DNA from: Halobacteriovoraceae bacterium
GTDB lineage: Bacteria > Bdellovibrionota > Bacteriovoracia > Bacteriovoracales > Bacteriovoracaceae
Length of the DNA: 64,000 nt
Reading direction: 5' to 3'
Assembly (NCBI GenBank): GCA_963719505.1
Contig: CAVRCF010000005.1
Coordinates: 96,001-160,000, forward strand
Positions 47,680-58,298 of this stretch are shown one piece after another. The position numbers and the translations under genes are program-made. The notes below the pieces were generated by a model. The model was not told where the DNA came from, made no database searches, and saw nothing but the letters and a program-made list of their open reading frames with translations. Positions within the stretch are counted from its first letter, which is position 1. Every line of letters begins with the position of its first letter.

Positions 47680-48191
47680 TGAGAATAAGTAATAGCCTTG
47701 TTCAAAGCTCTGCCTTTGAAAAACATTTAGTCAATAGAAGAAGAAAAAGATCATGGGCCTTAAAAGCGGCGGGATTTACTCTCATGCTAACGTCTATGGT
47801 TGATATGTTCAGCATGCTTGTGGTTTTCCTTTTACAAACTTTTTCAAGCTCTCCTGAGATTCTTATCACTAAAGGGGTTGAACTTCCAAACTCTTTGACT
47901 CCTTCAATTGTTAAGGAGGCACCAGTATTGTCTCTTTCCAAAGATGGAAATTTGTATCTTGATCAAAAGCTTGTTGGTGAGACTAAAAATGTTTCTAAAA
48001 GACCACAGCTTCTTTTAAAGAAACTTTCAGATATCAAACAAAATTGGGCCAAAGGTCATGCGGGGGCTTTTCCTGGTGAAATCAACCTTCAAGCCGATAA
48101 AGAGGTTCCAAGCACGACTGTCTCTGAGATTATGGGTGTTCTCACCAGTAGTCAGTATCAGTCTATTCAGCTCGCTGTTATAGGAAGGTAG
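47679..48191 (+). CDS. ExbD/TolR family (AglS-like)
   Basis: LTSMVDMFSMLVVFLLQ; INLQADK. Confidence 0.9.
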   Translation: MRISNSLVQSSAFEKHLVNRRRKRSWALKAAGFTLMLTSMVDMFSMLVVFLLQTFSSSPEILITKGVELPNSLTPSIVKEAPVLSLSKDGNLYLDQKLVGETKNVSKRPQLLLKKLSDIKQNWAKGHAGAFPGEINLQADKEVPSTTVSEIMGVLTSSQYQSIQLAVIGR

Positions 48192-48195
48192 TAGA

Positions 48196-50973
48196 ATGAA
48201 ACTATTAGTTCTTCTCCTTTTATCCGTTTTCTCTGTAAGCTCTGTGGCCAATACAGGAGAGTATCTTATTTCCGAGATGGAAGACTTAAGAAATTCTTTA
48301 AAGCCAGATGATCCAGCGAAAATTGATTTAACTCTAAGGCTTGCTGATCTTTATTTTGACGTCTCAATTAAAGAGGAAGGTAAAGTTGATAGCAAAGAGA
48401 ATCGTGCTATTCAAAGAAAGAGAGCTCTCTCTTTGTACACTTCAAGTCTTGAAGGTGCTGATAAGGCCACAGGATTAACTGAGGCAAAAATTATTTTTCA
48501 AATGGGAAGACTTCACTCTCGTTTGGATGAGTTTAAGAAAGCGGAAAATTATTATATAGACGTTTTCAATCATAAAGATGCAACAAAGAAACTTAAAGAG
48601 CAGTCAGCATTGGCTTTAGCTGAGTGGTATGAAGAGGACGCTAAGTTTTCTTCGGCCAATAAGTACTACGAAGAAGCTAAAAGCAGATGTGACTCTAAAG
48701 AGACTTGTAATTATATTTACTACAGAAGATCTTGGCTTTTATACAAAGACACCAAACTTGTTGAGGCAATTGAAGAGATTAAAAAGTCTCTTTGGAATAC
48801 TGATGGCAGCGTTCGAGAGAACTCTCTGACAGATATGATTATGTTTATGTCCAATGCACCAGGAAATGGTGATGATGAGTATAAGTTTGTCGCACAGCTT
48901 GCGGCTAAAATTAATCGCCCCAAATTAGAAAGTGATTTAACAGAAGCTTTTTACGCTGCCGGTAATAGAATGGCCGGAAGCAATCTTTTAATGAAGTTAA
49001 ATAATAAAAACCCTGAACTCTTTAATGAAGTAAGACTTCTTGAAGAATTTTATGGTTTTAGAAACTGGGACAATGTAGAGCTTTTTCTATCAAAACTCGA
49101 AAAAAGGCCAAGTCTAACCCTTCCAGCGAACAAAGATAAAAGCGAAGAGATGAAAAAAATCATCCGTCGTTATATCGTCCAAATTGATGCTGAATCTCAG
49201 GTGGCAAATGATCTTTTTCCTTTTTTAAAGAGATCAATCGATATTTACTTGGCGCTTTATCCAAATGATGATCTTAGAAAAAATATGCAACAAGGTTGGC
49301 TAAAAGCTGAGGACTCTAAAGAGAGAAAAGTTGAGAGACTTGGACGTTGGATTTCTGAAGACGTGGCTTTTAACAAAGACAAAAAAGATATTAGAGAGCT
49401 TAGACAAACAAGACTGTCATTAGCTCAAGAACTTAATAAAGATAAGATCGTTTTAGAAGAGTCATTGGCCTTGAGAGAAATCCTTAAGGGCTCTGATGAA
49501 GCGGACGAATTTACTTATATTGCCGCACGCGAATACTACGGTAAAAAAGAGTTCAAAAAGGCCCTTCCTCTTTTTAATGAATTAACAAATAAGGTTGTGG
49601 AGACCAAAGAGCTGACCAAGTGGTCGATGCTGTCTCAAAACCTAACACTTGATATCTATAATCAGCAAAAAAGCTTTGATCTTTTAATGAAACAAGTGGC
49701 GCTTTGGAAGTCAGTGGAAGGGTTAGCAAAACCTAAAAAATACGAAGAGGATTTTAAAAACTTTGATCAAGTCTATGTCCAAGCTGAGTTTGAAAATGCA
49801 GCAAAGCTTGGTGAAACACCACAGGGCTTAGCAACCTTTTACAAATTTTGTTTTGATAATGTTTATCCAGAAAAATCCTGTCCAAATGCTAAGGTTTTGG
49901 CCGTAAAGCTAAAAGATCAACAAAAGCTTGTCTCTCTTCTTGAAAAGGAAAACGATGAGACGGCCCTTGTCACTGAATATGAGATGATGGGACGCTTCTC
50001 TGATGCAGCAAAATTGCAAGAAAAACTGAACCTTAAAAATGACTCTGACTTTCAGGTCTATTTAAAGATTGCTCTTTTATACGAACTTGATCAAGACTTT
50101 AAGAATAGAGATAGAATCTTAGATAAAGTTATCGCTAAGTTTAAAAAGACAAAAGATATTGATCCCAATATGGAGACTCTTATATTTGTCACTTTAGATG
50201 AAGCCGGCTTAATAGATTCTTCTTCTTTGACTCTTCCTTGGTCACTTAATAGAAAGATCACACTTGCTAATAAGTTTGAAACTCTTTCAGGATCTAAGAT
50301 CACAAAAAACTTTATCCTCTCTCAAGAACAGTCAACTGGACCACAGTGGTCAAAGCTTGTGCTAGAGAAGGTTCAAGCTGAATACAAAAAACCTGCTCGA
50401 ATTAACTTCTACGGAAGCAATTCTAAGTGGAAATTTAAAAAGCGTGTCAAAGCGATGGATAAGTTTTCGACTTTGGCAAAAAGCTACCTTGAGGGCGCTG
50501 ATAGTGAGACGCGTATCTATATTCTTCAGATGCTTAAAAGTACCTACGATATTATGGCGATTGAGCTCCAAAGTACTCCTCTTCCAGAGGGACTGGATGA
50601 AGAAACTCTAGGAAGGGTTATGAATCAGCTTGCTGATATGGCCATGCCTTATTCTAAAGTTGCATCAGACTATGATCGGCTTTTAAATGAAGAGCTTGCA
50701 AAGGCTCCAAATAAAGAGCTTATTGTTAAAAATCTAGAATCCGCCAATGAGGACTACGCTTCATTTATTAAAGCCAATGATTACGATCAAAAAGAGGATC
50801 TTAGAAATTTTGATTATGCAGCTTATAAAACGAGCAAAGAGCTTCTCAATAAAAAACCTGAGGACATAACGATCATTTCTAAGATGGAAAATTTTTATAA
50901 AAATAACAACTCAATGAGACTGGCTTCATATTTCACGGGCAGAAAACCTAGTGAACAGCCAGTTCAAAAGTAA
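48196..50973 (+). CDS. Large periplasmic TPR protein (GltD/AgmU-like)
   Basis: Signal peptide, LRLADLY TPRs, C-terminal PLPEGL...L...A.P motif. Confidence 0.75.
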   Translation: MKLLVLLLLSVFSVSSVANTGEYLISEMEDLRNSLKPDDPAKIDLTLRLADLYFDVSIKEEGKVDSKENRAIQRKRALSLYTSSLEGADKATGLTEAKIIFQMGRLHSRLDEFKKAENYYIDVFNHKDATKKLKEQSALALAEWYEEDAKFSSANKYYEEAKSRCDSKETCNYIYYRRSWLLYKDTKLVEAIEEIKKSLWNTDGSVRENSLTDMIMFMSNAPGNGDDEYKFVAQLAAKINRPKLESDLTEAFYAAGNRMAGSNLLMKLNNKNPELFNEVRLLEEFYGFRNWDNVELFLSKLEKRPSLTLPANKDKSEEMKKIIRRYIVQIDAESQVANDLFPFLKRSIDIYLALYPNDDLRKNMQQGWLKAEDSKERKVERLGRWISEDVAFNKDKKDIRELRQTRLSLAQELNKDKIVLEESLALREILKGSDEADEFTYIAAREYYGKKEFKKALPLFNELTNKVVETKELTKWSMLSQNLTLDIYNQQKSFDLLMKQVALWKSVEGLAKPKKYEEDFKNFDQVYVQAEFENAAKLGETPQGLATFYKFCFDNVYPEKSCPNAKVLAVKLKDQQKLVSLLEKENDETALVTEYEMMGRFSDAAKLQEKLNLKNDSDFQVYLKIALLYELDQDFKNRDRILDKVIAKFKKTKDIDPNMETLIFVTLDEAGLIDSSSLTLPWSLNRKITLANKFETLSGSKITKNFILSQEQSTGPQWSKLVLEKVQAEYKKPARINFYGSNSKWKFKKRVKAMDKFSTLAKSYLEGADSETRIYILQMLKSTYDIMAIELQSTPLPEGLDEETLGRVMNQLADMAMPYSKVASDYDRLLNEELAKAPNKELIVKNLESANEDYASFIKANDYDQKEDLRNFDYAAYKTSKELLNKKPEDITIISKMENFYKNNNSMRLASYFTGRKPSEQPVQK

Positions 50974-50982
50974 GGATTACTG

Positions 50983-51234
50983 ATGAGACAAATTGTTAAA
51001 GGAATAACAATTGTTACTTTCTTATTTTCACTCAGCCTTATGGCCGCGCCAAAGGTTAAGTACAAGAAAAGTAAAAACATTGATTTTGAATCTCTTCTTA
51101 TCGAAGGGGAGAATAAAAAACCGGACATGAGTATTGTCACGGGAAATATCGGTGAAAAAGATTTAGGTCTTTTAAAGCTGAGAGAAAATTTTGTTGATTA
51201 TATGAGTAACGATGCTGGGGAGATAATTAAATGA
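50983..51234 (+). CDS. GltF/CglF-like small gliding protein
   Basis: Signal peptide; IDFESLLIEGENKKPD...LKLRENF. Confidence 0.75.
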   Translation: MRQIVKGITIVTFLFSLSLMAAPKVKYKKSKNIDFESLLIEGENKKPDMSIVTGNIGEKDLGLLKLRENFVDYMSNDAGEIIK

Positions 51235-52430
51235 TTTCAATTCAAACTATTGACGGACAATTGATTAAAAACCTCTCAAACTTTAAAGGTGGAACCTTCG
51301 GCTTTCACAAGCTCTTTGGATTTATCTCGGAAGCTCGTGCCAACCAAAGAATGGTTGCGCGTAAGAGACAGTCTTTTGATTACTCAGATGATTCATGGAA
51401 CTTCTCTTTTGAGTTGAAAAAAAATGGAAGTGATTATGAGTTTAATAATCTCAATAACTGCGAAGTCATCTCTAAAGATAAAGCGGGCTGGACCTTAAAG
51501 TCTGAGCAAGGAACTTTTAAGATTCTAAAATCAGCCTCAGCTGCATTGTCAGCTCCTGCAATAGAGATAGAAAGAACGGGCTCTAGACTTCCAAAGCATT
51601 TAGAAACTCTTCTTCTCGCTCTTTTAATCACAGCACCTATTCTCTACTTTATGTTTAACCAACCGGTTGAAGAAGAAAAGAAAGATGAAATTAAAGAAGT
51701 TATAACCGTAAAAATTGTGAAAAAAGAGAATGTTGTCTCTATTAAACAAAATAATCCAAAACTTAAGGCAAAGCCTTTAACTAAAGCGCAAAAATCAAAG
51801 ATCGCTGTTCAAAAGAACCTAGGGTTCTTAAGTATGGTGGGATCAAAAGATCTTAAGAAAGTTGTGGGGGGAGTTCCTCAAAAACTTAAAGCTGCTACAG
51901 CTGGTGCTGGTAAAGGCGGAGATGCTGGTAGTGGAGGAGAGCTCTTAACGGGTCTTGGTAAAGGTCTGAGAAAGACAACTGTTGGTAATACAGGTGTTGC
52001 GGGCCTTGGTGGAGTAGGAACTAAAGGTGCCGGCGGCGGTAAAGGTGGATACGGAAGCTCAATGGTTGCCTCGGGAACTGGAAAAGGTATTTCGGCCATC
52101 GCAGTCTCTAATTCTAATATGGCGCTTGAAGGTGGTCTTTCTCGTTACGCTATAAATGCCACGATCGCAAAATACCTCTCTCAGGTAAGACGCTGTTATG
52201 AAACAAGTTTAAAAACAAATCCAGATATTCAAGGTTTAGTTGAAGTGAGTTTTATGATCAATGGATCAGGTGGACTTGATTACTCTAAAGTTAAAAGAAC
52301 TACTCTTAAGCACCCTGAAACTGAAAAGTGTATCACGACAAAAATGATGGGCTGGCAGTTTCCAAAGCCAAGAGGTGGAGTGAAGGTTCCCGTGAACTAT
52401 CCATTTATGCTTAGACCGGTTGGGAGATAG
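51231..52430 (+). CDS. GltG/PglI-like protein with TonB-like AgmX/PglI C-terminal domain
   Basis: TM, Gly-rich linker, VRRCYE...CI...WQFPKPRGG.VPVNYPF. Confidence 0.88.
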   Translation: MISIQTIDGQLIKNLSNFKGGTFGFHKLFGFISEARANQRMVARKRQSFDYSDDSWNFSFELKKNGSDYEFNNLNNCEVISKDKAGWTLKSEQGTFKILKSASAALSAPAIEIERTGSRLPKHLETLLLALLITAPILYFMFNQPVEEEKKDEIKEVITVKIVKKENVVSIKQNNPKLKAKPLTKAQKSKIAVQKNLGFLSMVGSKDLKKVVGGVPQKLKAATAGAGKGGDAGSGGELLTGLGKGLRKTTVGNTGVAGLGGVGTKGAGGGKGGYGSSMVASGTGKGISAIAVSNSNMALEGGLSRYAINATIAKYLSQVRRCYETSLKTNPDIQGLVEVSFMINGSGGLDYSKVKRTTLKHPETEKCITTKMMGWQFPKPRGGVKVPVNYPFMLRPVGR

Positions 52431-52468
52431 TTAGAATGAAAGAAAATAATCAGGCACAAGGAAATATA

Positions 52469-54511
52469 ATGAAGTTAGTAATGTCACTTATGTTAATCGC
52501 TTTAGTTGGATGTAATGCAAATCCATATCCTGAGGCGGAAAATTCAAGAGATTCAGTGAGAACTCCTACCAGCCAACCAAACCCAGAGGACAATGAAAAG
52601 CCACCTAAGGATCCCCTTGCTATGGCCATCGTCGCTCAAATGGATTTTAAAGAGGGAAGAAGATCACAGTATCAATTCAAAGTTGAAGTAAGAAAACCAG
52701 GAACACCAATTGTTTGGATTGATAATTTACCTCCAGGTGCTGTCTTTGACGATGAAAAGATGATTATTACATGGCAACCAACTTTCTTTGATGGAAACGA
52801 TCCAAAAGATCCATCAGTCAAGGTGAGAACATATTCAATTGTGGTGAATCTTAGAAGCTCGATTCTCTCAGAACAAAGAATTAAAGAAAATGTTATCTTA
52901 AAGGTAACTGATACCCCAAGAACGGTAAAGGTGGACGGGAGTTCATCAGTTTCTGTTGATGAGGGTAATAAACTCATCTATAAATTTGATATCAGTAATG
53001 ATGACTATCCACAGGGACCCTTTAAGGTTCTGACTAAGGATATGCCACCGAACACGACTTTAGTTAAAAACTCAGAGACTCAATATCAATTAGAGTTCTC
53101 TCCAGATTATTATCACGTTAATAGAAATACCGATGGGCGTGATCTTGAATACAACGCTAAAATTATCGTCAACAACCCCGCAAATCATATTGGGGAAAAA
53201 GAAGTTGAAATCACTGTTAACGATAAAAGACTTGGAGTTAACCTTCAAACGCCTAATACTGCACAGACTCCTGTTTTGGAACAAGGTCTCGATGCTAGTT
53301 TTCAAGTTGTTGCCTATGACTTAAACAAAGAGGTGACTCCTGACATCGAATTTACTTCGACAAAACCAGAATATGGTAATTTTAAATACGAACTTGTCAC
53401 CAACTCAGATAGTTACTCTTCAATTTTTAATGTTCAGTGGTTAGATATTCCACCAGCTTATAATGGAAAGACGATTAGCCTTGGTTTTAAGGCCTGTGTT
53501 CTTGGAGAATACCGAAAAGATAATTGTTCAACTAAAACTCTTAAAATTGCGATAAAAGTAAAAGATAGACAACCTCCAGTGATCAATAGATCAAATTGGC
53601 CAGTTGGAGAACTTCTTTATTTAGGTTTCAATCAAACGGAAACAAGAAGAGTAAAAATTACTGACGGTGAAGATCCAAGAATTACGCCTAATATTGAAAT
53701 CTTTCCTAAAGAGATGAGACCTTTTGTTGAGTACTCAGGTGACATCTTAAGAATGAAGTTTGATAAAGCCGGAACGTATCAGTTTACCGTTAAAGCGACT
53801 AGTGATTATAAAACGTCAACGACTGAAAGTTTTATCATAGAAGTCTTTCCAAAAGACAGAAGCAAGGTGCTTTTCTTTGCAGACTCGACACGTGATCCTG
53901 AAGTTAAGTTTTATAAAGAGAATTTAAAAGAAGTCTCTTTGATGAATCCTCTTATTCAAACGATAAGTCTAAGGTCAGTTAAAGATAGAGAAACTTTAGT
54001 TCTTGGGACAAGTGTTCTTTTTGATAAGGAAGCGAATCCTCAGATCTTAAAAGCGATGAATGAGATTAAAAATCTTGTTATTGCTTCACCACTGATGAGT
54101 AATATGCCTGAGAAGTTTTTAAGTGAGCTCAACGATACTTATTCAACTAAATTCATCGGAAGATACTCTGAACTTCCTACGGCGCCTGCGATTGAGAAAA
54201 TGTTCTTTAAACATACAACTCAGTTTCAGACTCCTATGCATCAGGTTCAGCTAAAGCTTCGTTCATCAAGTGAATCATACGATCCTCTTATTTTTAACGG
54301 TTCACTAGATAACCCAAATAAAAACTGTAAAAGTGTTCTTGGGATTACACCAGATGGGAACTCGCCCTATGTTATAGGTGTTGTTTGTACGAGAACAAAT
54401 GGTGGAAAACTTGTTCTTCTTGGAACAGAATGGGCCGATCTCAAAGTTCATGAGGACGATGCGTTGATTCCAGCTCTTTGGTTTAATACTATGCTTAAAG
54501 GAAGATTCTAA
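52469..54511 (+). CDS. Large lipoprotein with Ig-like domains
   Basis: MKLVMSLMLIALVGC lipobox; NLPPGAVF...ITWQP Ig-like motif. Confidence 0.7.
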   Translation: MKLVMSLMLIALVGCNANPYPEAENSRDSVRTPTSQPNPEDNEKPPKDPLAMAIVAQMDFKEGRRSQYQFKVEVRKPGTPIVWIDNLPPGAVFDDEKMIITWQPTFFDGNDPKDPSVKVRTYSIVVNLRSSILSEQRIKENVILKVTDTPRTVKVDGSSSVSVDEGNKLIYKFDISNDDYPQGPFKVLTKDMPPNTTLVKNSETQYQLEFSPDYYHVNRNTDGRDLEYNAKIIVNNPANHIGEKEVEITVNDKRLGVNLQTPNTAQTPVLEQGLDASFQVVAYDLNKEVTPDIEFTSTKPEYGNFKYELVTNSDSYSSIFNVQWLDIPPAYNGKTISLGFKACVLGEYRKDNCSTKTLKIAIKVKDRQPPVINRSNWPVGELLYLGFNQTETRRVKITDGEDPRITPNIEIFPKEMRPFVEYSGDILRMKFDKAGTYQFTVKATSDYKTSTTESFIIEVFPKDRSKVLFFADSTRDPEVKFYKENLKEVSLMNPLIQTISLRSVKDRETLVLGTSVLFDKEANPQILKAMNEIKNLVIASPLMSNMPEKFLSELNDTYSTKFIGRYSELPTAPAIEKMFFKHTTQFQTPMHQVQLKLRSSSESYDPLIFNGSLDNPNKNCKSVLGITPDGNSPYVIGVVCTRTNGGKLVLLGTEWADLKVHEDDALIPALWFNTMLKGRF

Positions 54512-55188
54512 TGAAAAAAATATTACTACCCCTTCTGTTAGTTAGTCTAAGTGCACAAGCCTCTTTAGAGAAAAAGCTAGATGCTCTTAATATTCCAGAT
54601 GATAAGGTTACCCCTTTGGTTTCAGAGGATAAGCTCTATATCGTTAACACCAGATACTCTTCTCTTAGAAATAGACATGAAGTAACCCTTGGTGGAGCCC
54701 GTGATTTTATGGCCGACTCACATCTTGAATCGACTCAGGTGACGGGAACTTACAGATACCATATCAATTCAAAATTCTCTTTAGGTCTTCGACACTCCAT
54801 TTTTGAAAACGACTTAACGGAGTCAGGGGATGAGCTTTTTGGAAATGAAAGTATTTTACCAGATTCAGATTATGCCGTTAAAAGTACGGAGATTTTTGGA
54901 ACTTATAACTTATTCTACGGAAAACTTAGAGTGAGTTCTAAGCGAGTTGTCTACTTTGATAACTATATCTCTCTTGGTTATGGAACTGTTGAATTAGCCT
55001 CAATGGAGACTTCAACATATTCTGCTGATATTGGTGTCGCTTTTTGGTTAGGAAAGCATATGAGTGCTAGGATTGGGATCAAAAACGATTTTTATATGCA
55101 ACAAAAAATTAAAGGAAATGAAACAGCTCATAATGGTCTTGGTTATGTTGAATTTGGATACCTCTTTGGTGAAGGTAGTAGACTGTGA
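54511..55188 (+). CDS. Outer-membrane beta-barrel protein (GltA/B/H-like)
   Basis: Signal peptide; RHEV, FYGKL...YFD.Y...G.G motifs. Confidence 0.8.
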   Translation: MKKILLPLLLVSLSAQASLEKKLDALNIPDDKVTPLVSEDKLYIVNTRYSSLRNRHEVTLGGARDFMADSHLESTQVTGTYRYHINSKFSLGLRHSIFENDLTESGDELFGNESILPDSDYAVKSTEIFGTYNLFYGKLRVSSKRVVYFDNYISLGYGTVELASMETSTYSADIGVAFWLGKHMSARIGIKNDFYMQQKIKGNETAHNGLGYVEFGYLFGEGSRL

Positions 55189-56705
55189 GATTACTTTTAC
55201 TCTTAGTAACACTTTCTTCTTTTGCCAATGATGGAACAAACCTTCTTTTGAAATCGAAAGGAGAGGATGTCGATCTAACGTCAAAGCTAACTCAAGTTAA
55301 GCAGCTCAGTCTCGACGATGCTTTTAAAGTACAACTTTTTGGAAAGTGGAAAGCCTCTGGTGCCATGGATCCAAAAGTGAACGATTGGGTTAATCTCGTT
55401 TTAGGTGGAGATTTTAAAGCTAGTTTAGAGGCCATGCCAGGCATTATTGGCCTCGCTCCACAGCGGTTTCGTTCAACGATTGAGACAACTAAGTTGTACT
55501 TATTCTCAAAGCTTAATCTTCAAACCCTTTTTGTATCAAACTGGCTTAAAGCCACTAAAGATCCGAGCTTTTTAAACTCAGAAGTTGGTCTGGCTCTGGA
55601 TTTTGTGGTTTCAGGTGATCTCACGAAAAACCTTATGACTTCAGGTGTTTTCTTTTCTGAAAACGAAAAAGCTCTTTTAAAAAATATAGAAACAAGACAG
55701 TCTAAGATTAATTATATTCTTCAAGGGTTTAGCTCGCTTCGTTCGGGAAAAGATGCTCTTCAGTGGATTAGTAAACTTGATGTTAATAATCCTCTAAGAC
55801 TTATGATTGCCAACACAGCACTTATTGATTACGCCAAAGATGGAAGCTTAAAAGCATCAGCAAGGCTTATCAAAGAAGTTGTAGAGCCTATTATTGAAAA
55901 ATCAAATGATACAGAGAGAATCTCTCACTATTATTTAAATCTCGCGAGACTTCTCTATCAGGCAAAAGCTTATGAAGCGGCTAGGGGATATTATTCTTCT
56001 ATTCCAGAATCTTCTCGTTATTTTTTAACCGCTTCAACAGAGCTTATTTGGGTTAATCTTCGCCTTAAAGACTTCCCTTCAGTTAAAGGAACTCTTGCCA
56101 CACTCAAGCTGTCTCTTTTTGAAGATACCTTTAATCCTGAGATTTATCTTGTGAGCTCTATTGCTAATCTCCAAACTTGTCAATTTACAGAGGTGAGAGA
56201 TAATTTTAAAGTTTTCCTTTCAGCAAATAAAAAATGGGCAAAGTTAATTGATTCAGAACTTAAAAAAGAAAATGCAACTATCATTGAAAATGATTTTTTC
56301 ACTGATAATCTTTCGCGTTTTATGACGTCGGCTAAAGCTGATGCACTGACTTTGAAAAACCTTTCAAATAATTTTTGGAATGTTAATCTCTCTTCGTTAG
56401 AAAAAGACGTTAAATTGGCAGAAAGTTCACTTGAAACTGAATCTAAAAGGCGCTGGAAAAACAGAGAAACAATACTAAGTGAAGCCATTTATAAAATGAG
56501 ATTTGTGAAAATTGAATTCATCTCTCAGATGAGAGACTTCTCACTAAAACTCTCTAAGTCTTATGAAGATAAGGTCTCCACATATGCGGCAGCGAATGCG
56601 AGGGATAATCAAATTCGCTTTAAAGCCGATCATGTGATTTGGAGTGATGAGCTTTTTAATACGACAGCTCAAGTTGAAAACTTATGTATGCAAGGAAGAA
56701 AATAA
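55185..56705 (+). CDS. TPR protein (GltC-like)
   Basis: LARLLYQ...YSSIPESS..F...ELIW, PEIYLV...C, W.DE terminal motif. Confidence 0.75.
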   Translation: MRLLLLLVTLSSFANDGTNLLLKSKGEDVDLTSKLTQVKQLSLDDAFKVQLFGKWKASGAMDPKVNDWVNLVLGGDFKASLEAMPGIIGLAPQRFRSTIETTKLYLFSKLNLQTLFVSNWLKATKDPSFLNSEVGLALDFVVSGDLTKNLMTSGVFFSENEKALLKNIETRQSKINYILQGFSSLRSGKDALQWISKLDVNNPLRLMIANTALIDYAKDGSLKASARLIKEVVEPIIEKSNDTERISHYYLNLARLLYQAKAYEAARGYYSSIPESSRYFLTASTELIWVNLRLKDFPSVKGTLATLKLSLFEDTFNPEIYLVSSIANLQTCQFTEVRDNFKVFLSANKKWAKLIDSELKKENATIIENDFFTDNLSRFMTSAKADALTLKNLSNNFWNVNLSSLEKDVKLAESSLETESKRRWKNRETILSEAIYKMRFVKIEFISQMRDFSLKLSKSYEDKVSTYAAANARDNQIRFKADHVIWSDELFNTTAQVENLCMQGRK

Positions 56706-57804
56706 TGAAATATCTTTTTGTTTTACCTCTTTTTATTCTCCTCGGATCTTGTATGAAAGAGGAGGGGGCTCGAACTTTGTCAGACAATACGATCCACCAC
56801 CAAGGGAAAATAATCGCTCTGAGCCTAACGCAAATATCTATCAGCTTAAAGATCTTGGTCTTGATAATAAAGTCGATGTTCTTTTTGTTGTCGATAACTC
56901 AGGAAGTATGGGGCCTATTCAACAAAATATTGTCGATAATGCCAGACTCTTTATGAGTGAGTTTATCAACCAAAGACATATTGATTGGAAACTTGGGGTT
57001 ATTTCGACGGATAATAATGAGGAGCCTTTTTTAGGTTTTAACTCTCCTTTCTCTTCAGCGCTTATTGACTATGAGAGTCCGGCAAGTATTGAGCAGACAA
57101 TTGCAACCTTTCAAAGTGCTATCAACTCCTTGGGAACAAGCGGTTCTGCATCCGAGTATGTTTTTCATAATGTTTTAAGAAATATAAAAAAATACAACGA
57201 TCCGGGAACCACGAGACCTGAATTTGTGCGTGGCTCTTCTCACTTAGCTGTCATTATGGTGACTGACGAAAGAGAACAAAGTGGAAGCTTATCGGGGCCA
57301 TATGCACCTTTAGAGATGCTCAACACTGTCAGCGGTTATGTTGGCTCAAATAAAAAAGTACGCTTCTATGGTGCGCTTCAGGCCAGTGACTTTGAAGGTT
57401 GCTCTACATGGGATGAAATCACTTATGAAGGCAGTCGTTATGAAAATATTATTAAAGAGTCTGGAGGATTTGCCATTTCAGCTTGTGTTGATGACTTTGG
57501 GGTGAAGCTTGCTGATATTTCAAAAGATATTTCTTCACTAGTAAAAGCGCCTGGTATTCCTTTAAGAGGTGTACCAAAGGTTCACAGTATTAGAGTTTTT
57601 TACAAAGGGGAGGAGCTTCATCCTGGTGCCGTGGATGACTGTGGAAAATGGTATTACGATGCAAGAAATAGAACCATTAATTTTTATACATTTGATTTTG
57701 TCGATAATTTTGAAACCGATCACCTTGTTATCAATTTTGAATACGACGATGGGATTCCAAGAGATACAGATCCCGAGGATGGTTCAAGAGGTGGTTGCCA
57801 GTAG
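56705..57804 (+). pseudogene. vWA-domain lipoprotein (CglB-like adhesin), frameshifted at G5 run 56764-56768
   Basis: MKYLFVLPLFILLGSC lipoprotein signal in one frame, DVLFVVDNSGSM...VTDE vWA domain in another; one extra G joins them (EEGGSNFVRQ). Confidence 0.8.
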
Positions 57805-58298
57805 TGAAAGTCTCTTTAATTGTGGCCTATTCAAAAAATAAGGCCATTGGACTCAATAATAGAATGCTCTGGCGCTTAAAAGATGATTTTAAAAATTATA
57901 AGAAAATCACCATGGGGCACAGCCTCATCATGGGGAGAAAGACCTTTGAGTCTATCGGCTCACCCCTTCCAGGAAGAACAAGTATCGTTATTTCCAGAAA
58001 CAAAGATTATGAAGTTCCAGATGGTGTCTATTTAACCGACTCGGTTGAGGGGGCTCTAGAGATTGCTAAATCCTTGGGTGATGATGAGTGTTTTATCAAT
58101 GGTGGCGGTGAGATTTATACTCAGGCCATGCCTTTTGTCACCACCGCTTATATTACAAAAGTAGATGTTATTATAGATAAAGCTGATGCCTTTTTTCCAG
58201 ATATTGATTTTTCAAGCTGGAATGAAGTTGAAAGTTTCACCCACCAAAAAGATAAATCAAACGATCACAATTGGTCATTTTCAAAATACGAGAAGTAA
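57804..58298 (+). CDS. folA: Dihydrofolate reductase (copy 2)
   Basis: [36 protein letters not shown] start after GAGGTGG. Confidence 0.93.
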   Translation: MKVSLIVAYSKNKAIGLNNRMLWRLKDDFKNYKKITMGHSLIMGRKTFESIGSPLPGRTSIVISRNKDYEVPDGVYLTDSVEGALEIAKSLGDDECFINGGGEIYTQAMPFVTTAYITKVDVIIDKADAFFPDIDFSSWNEVESFTHQKDKSNDHNWSFSKYEK

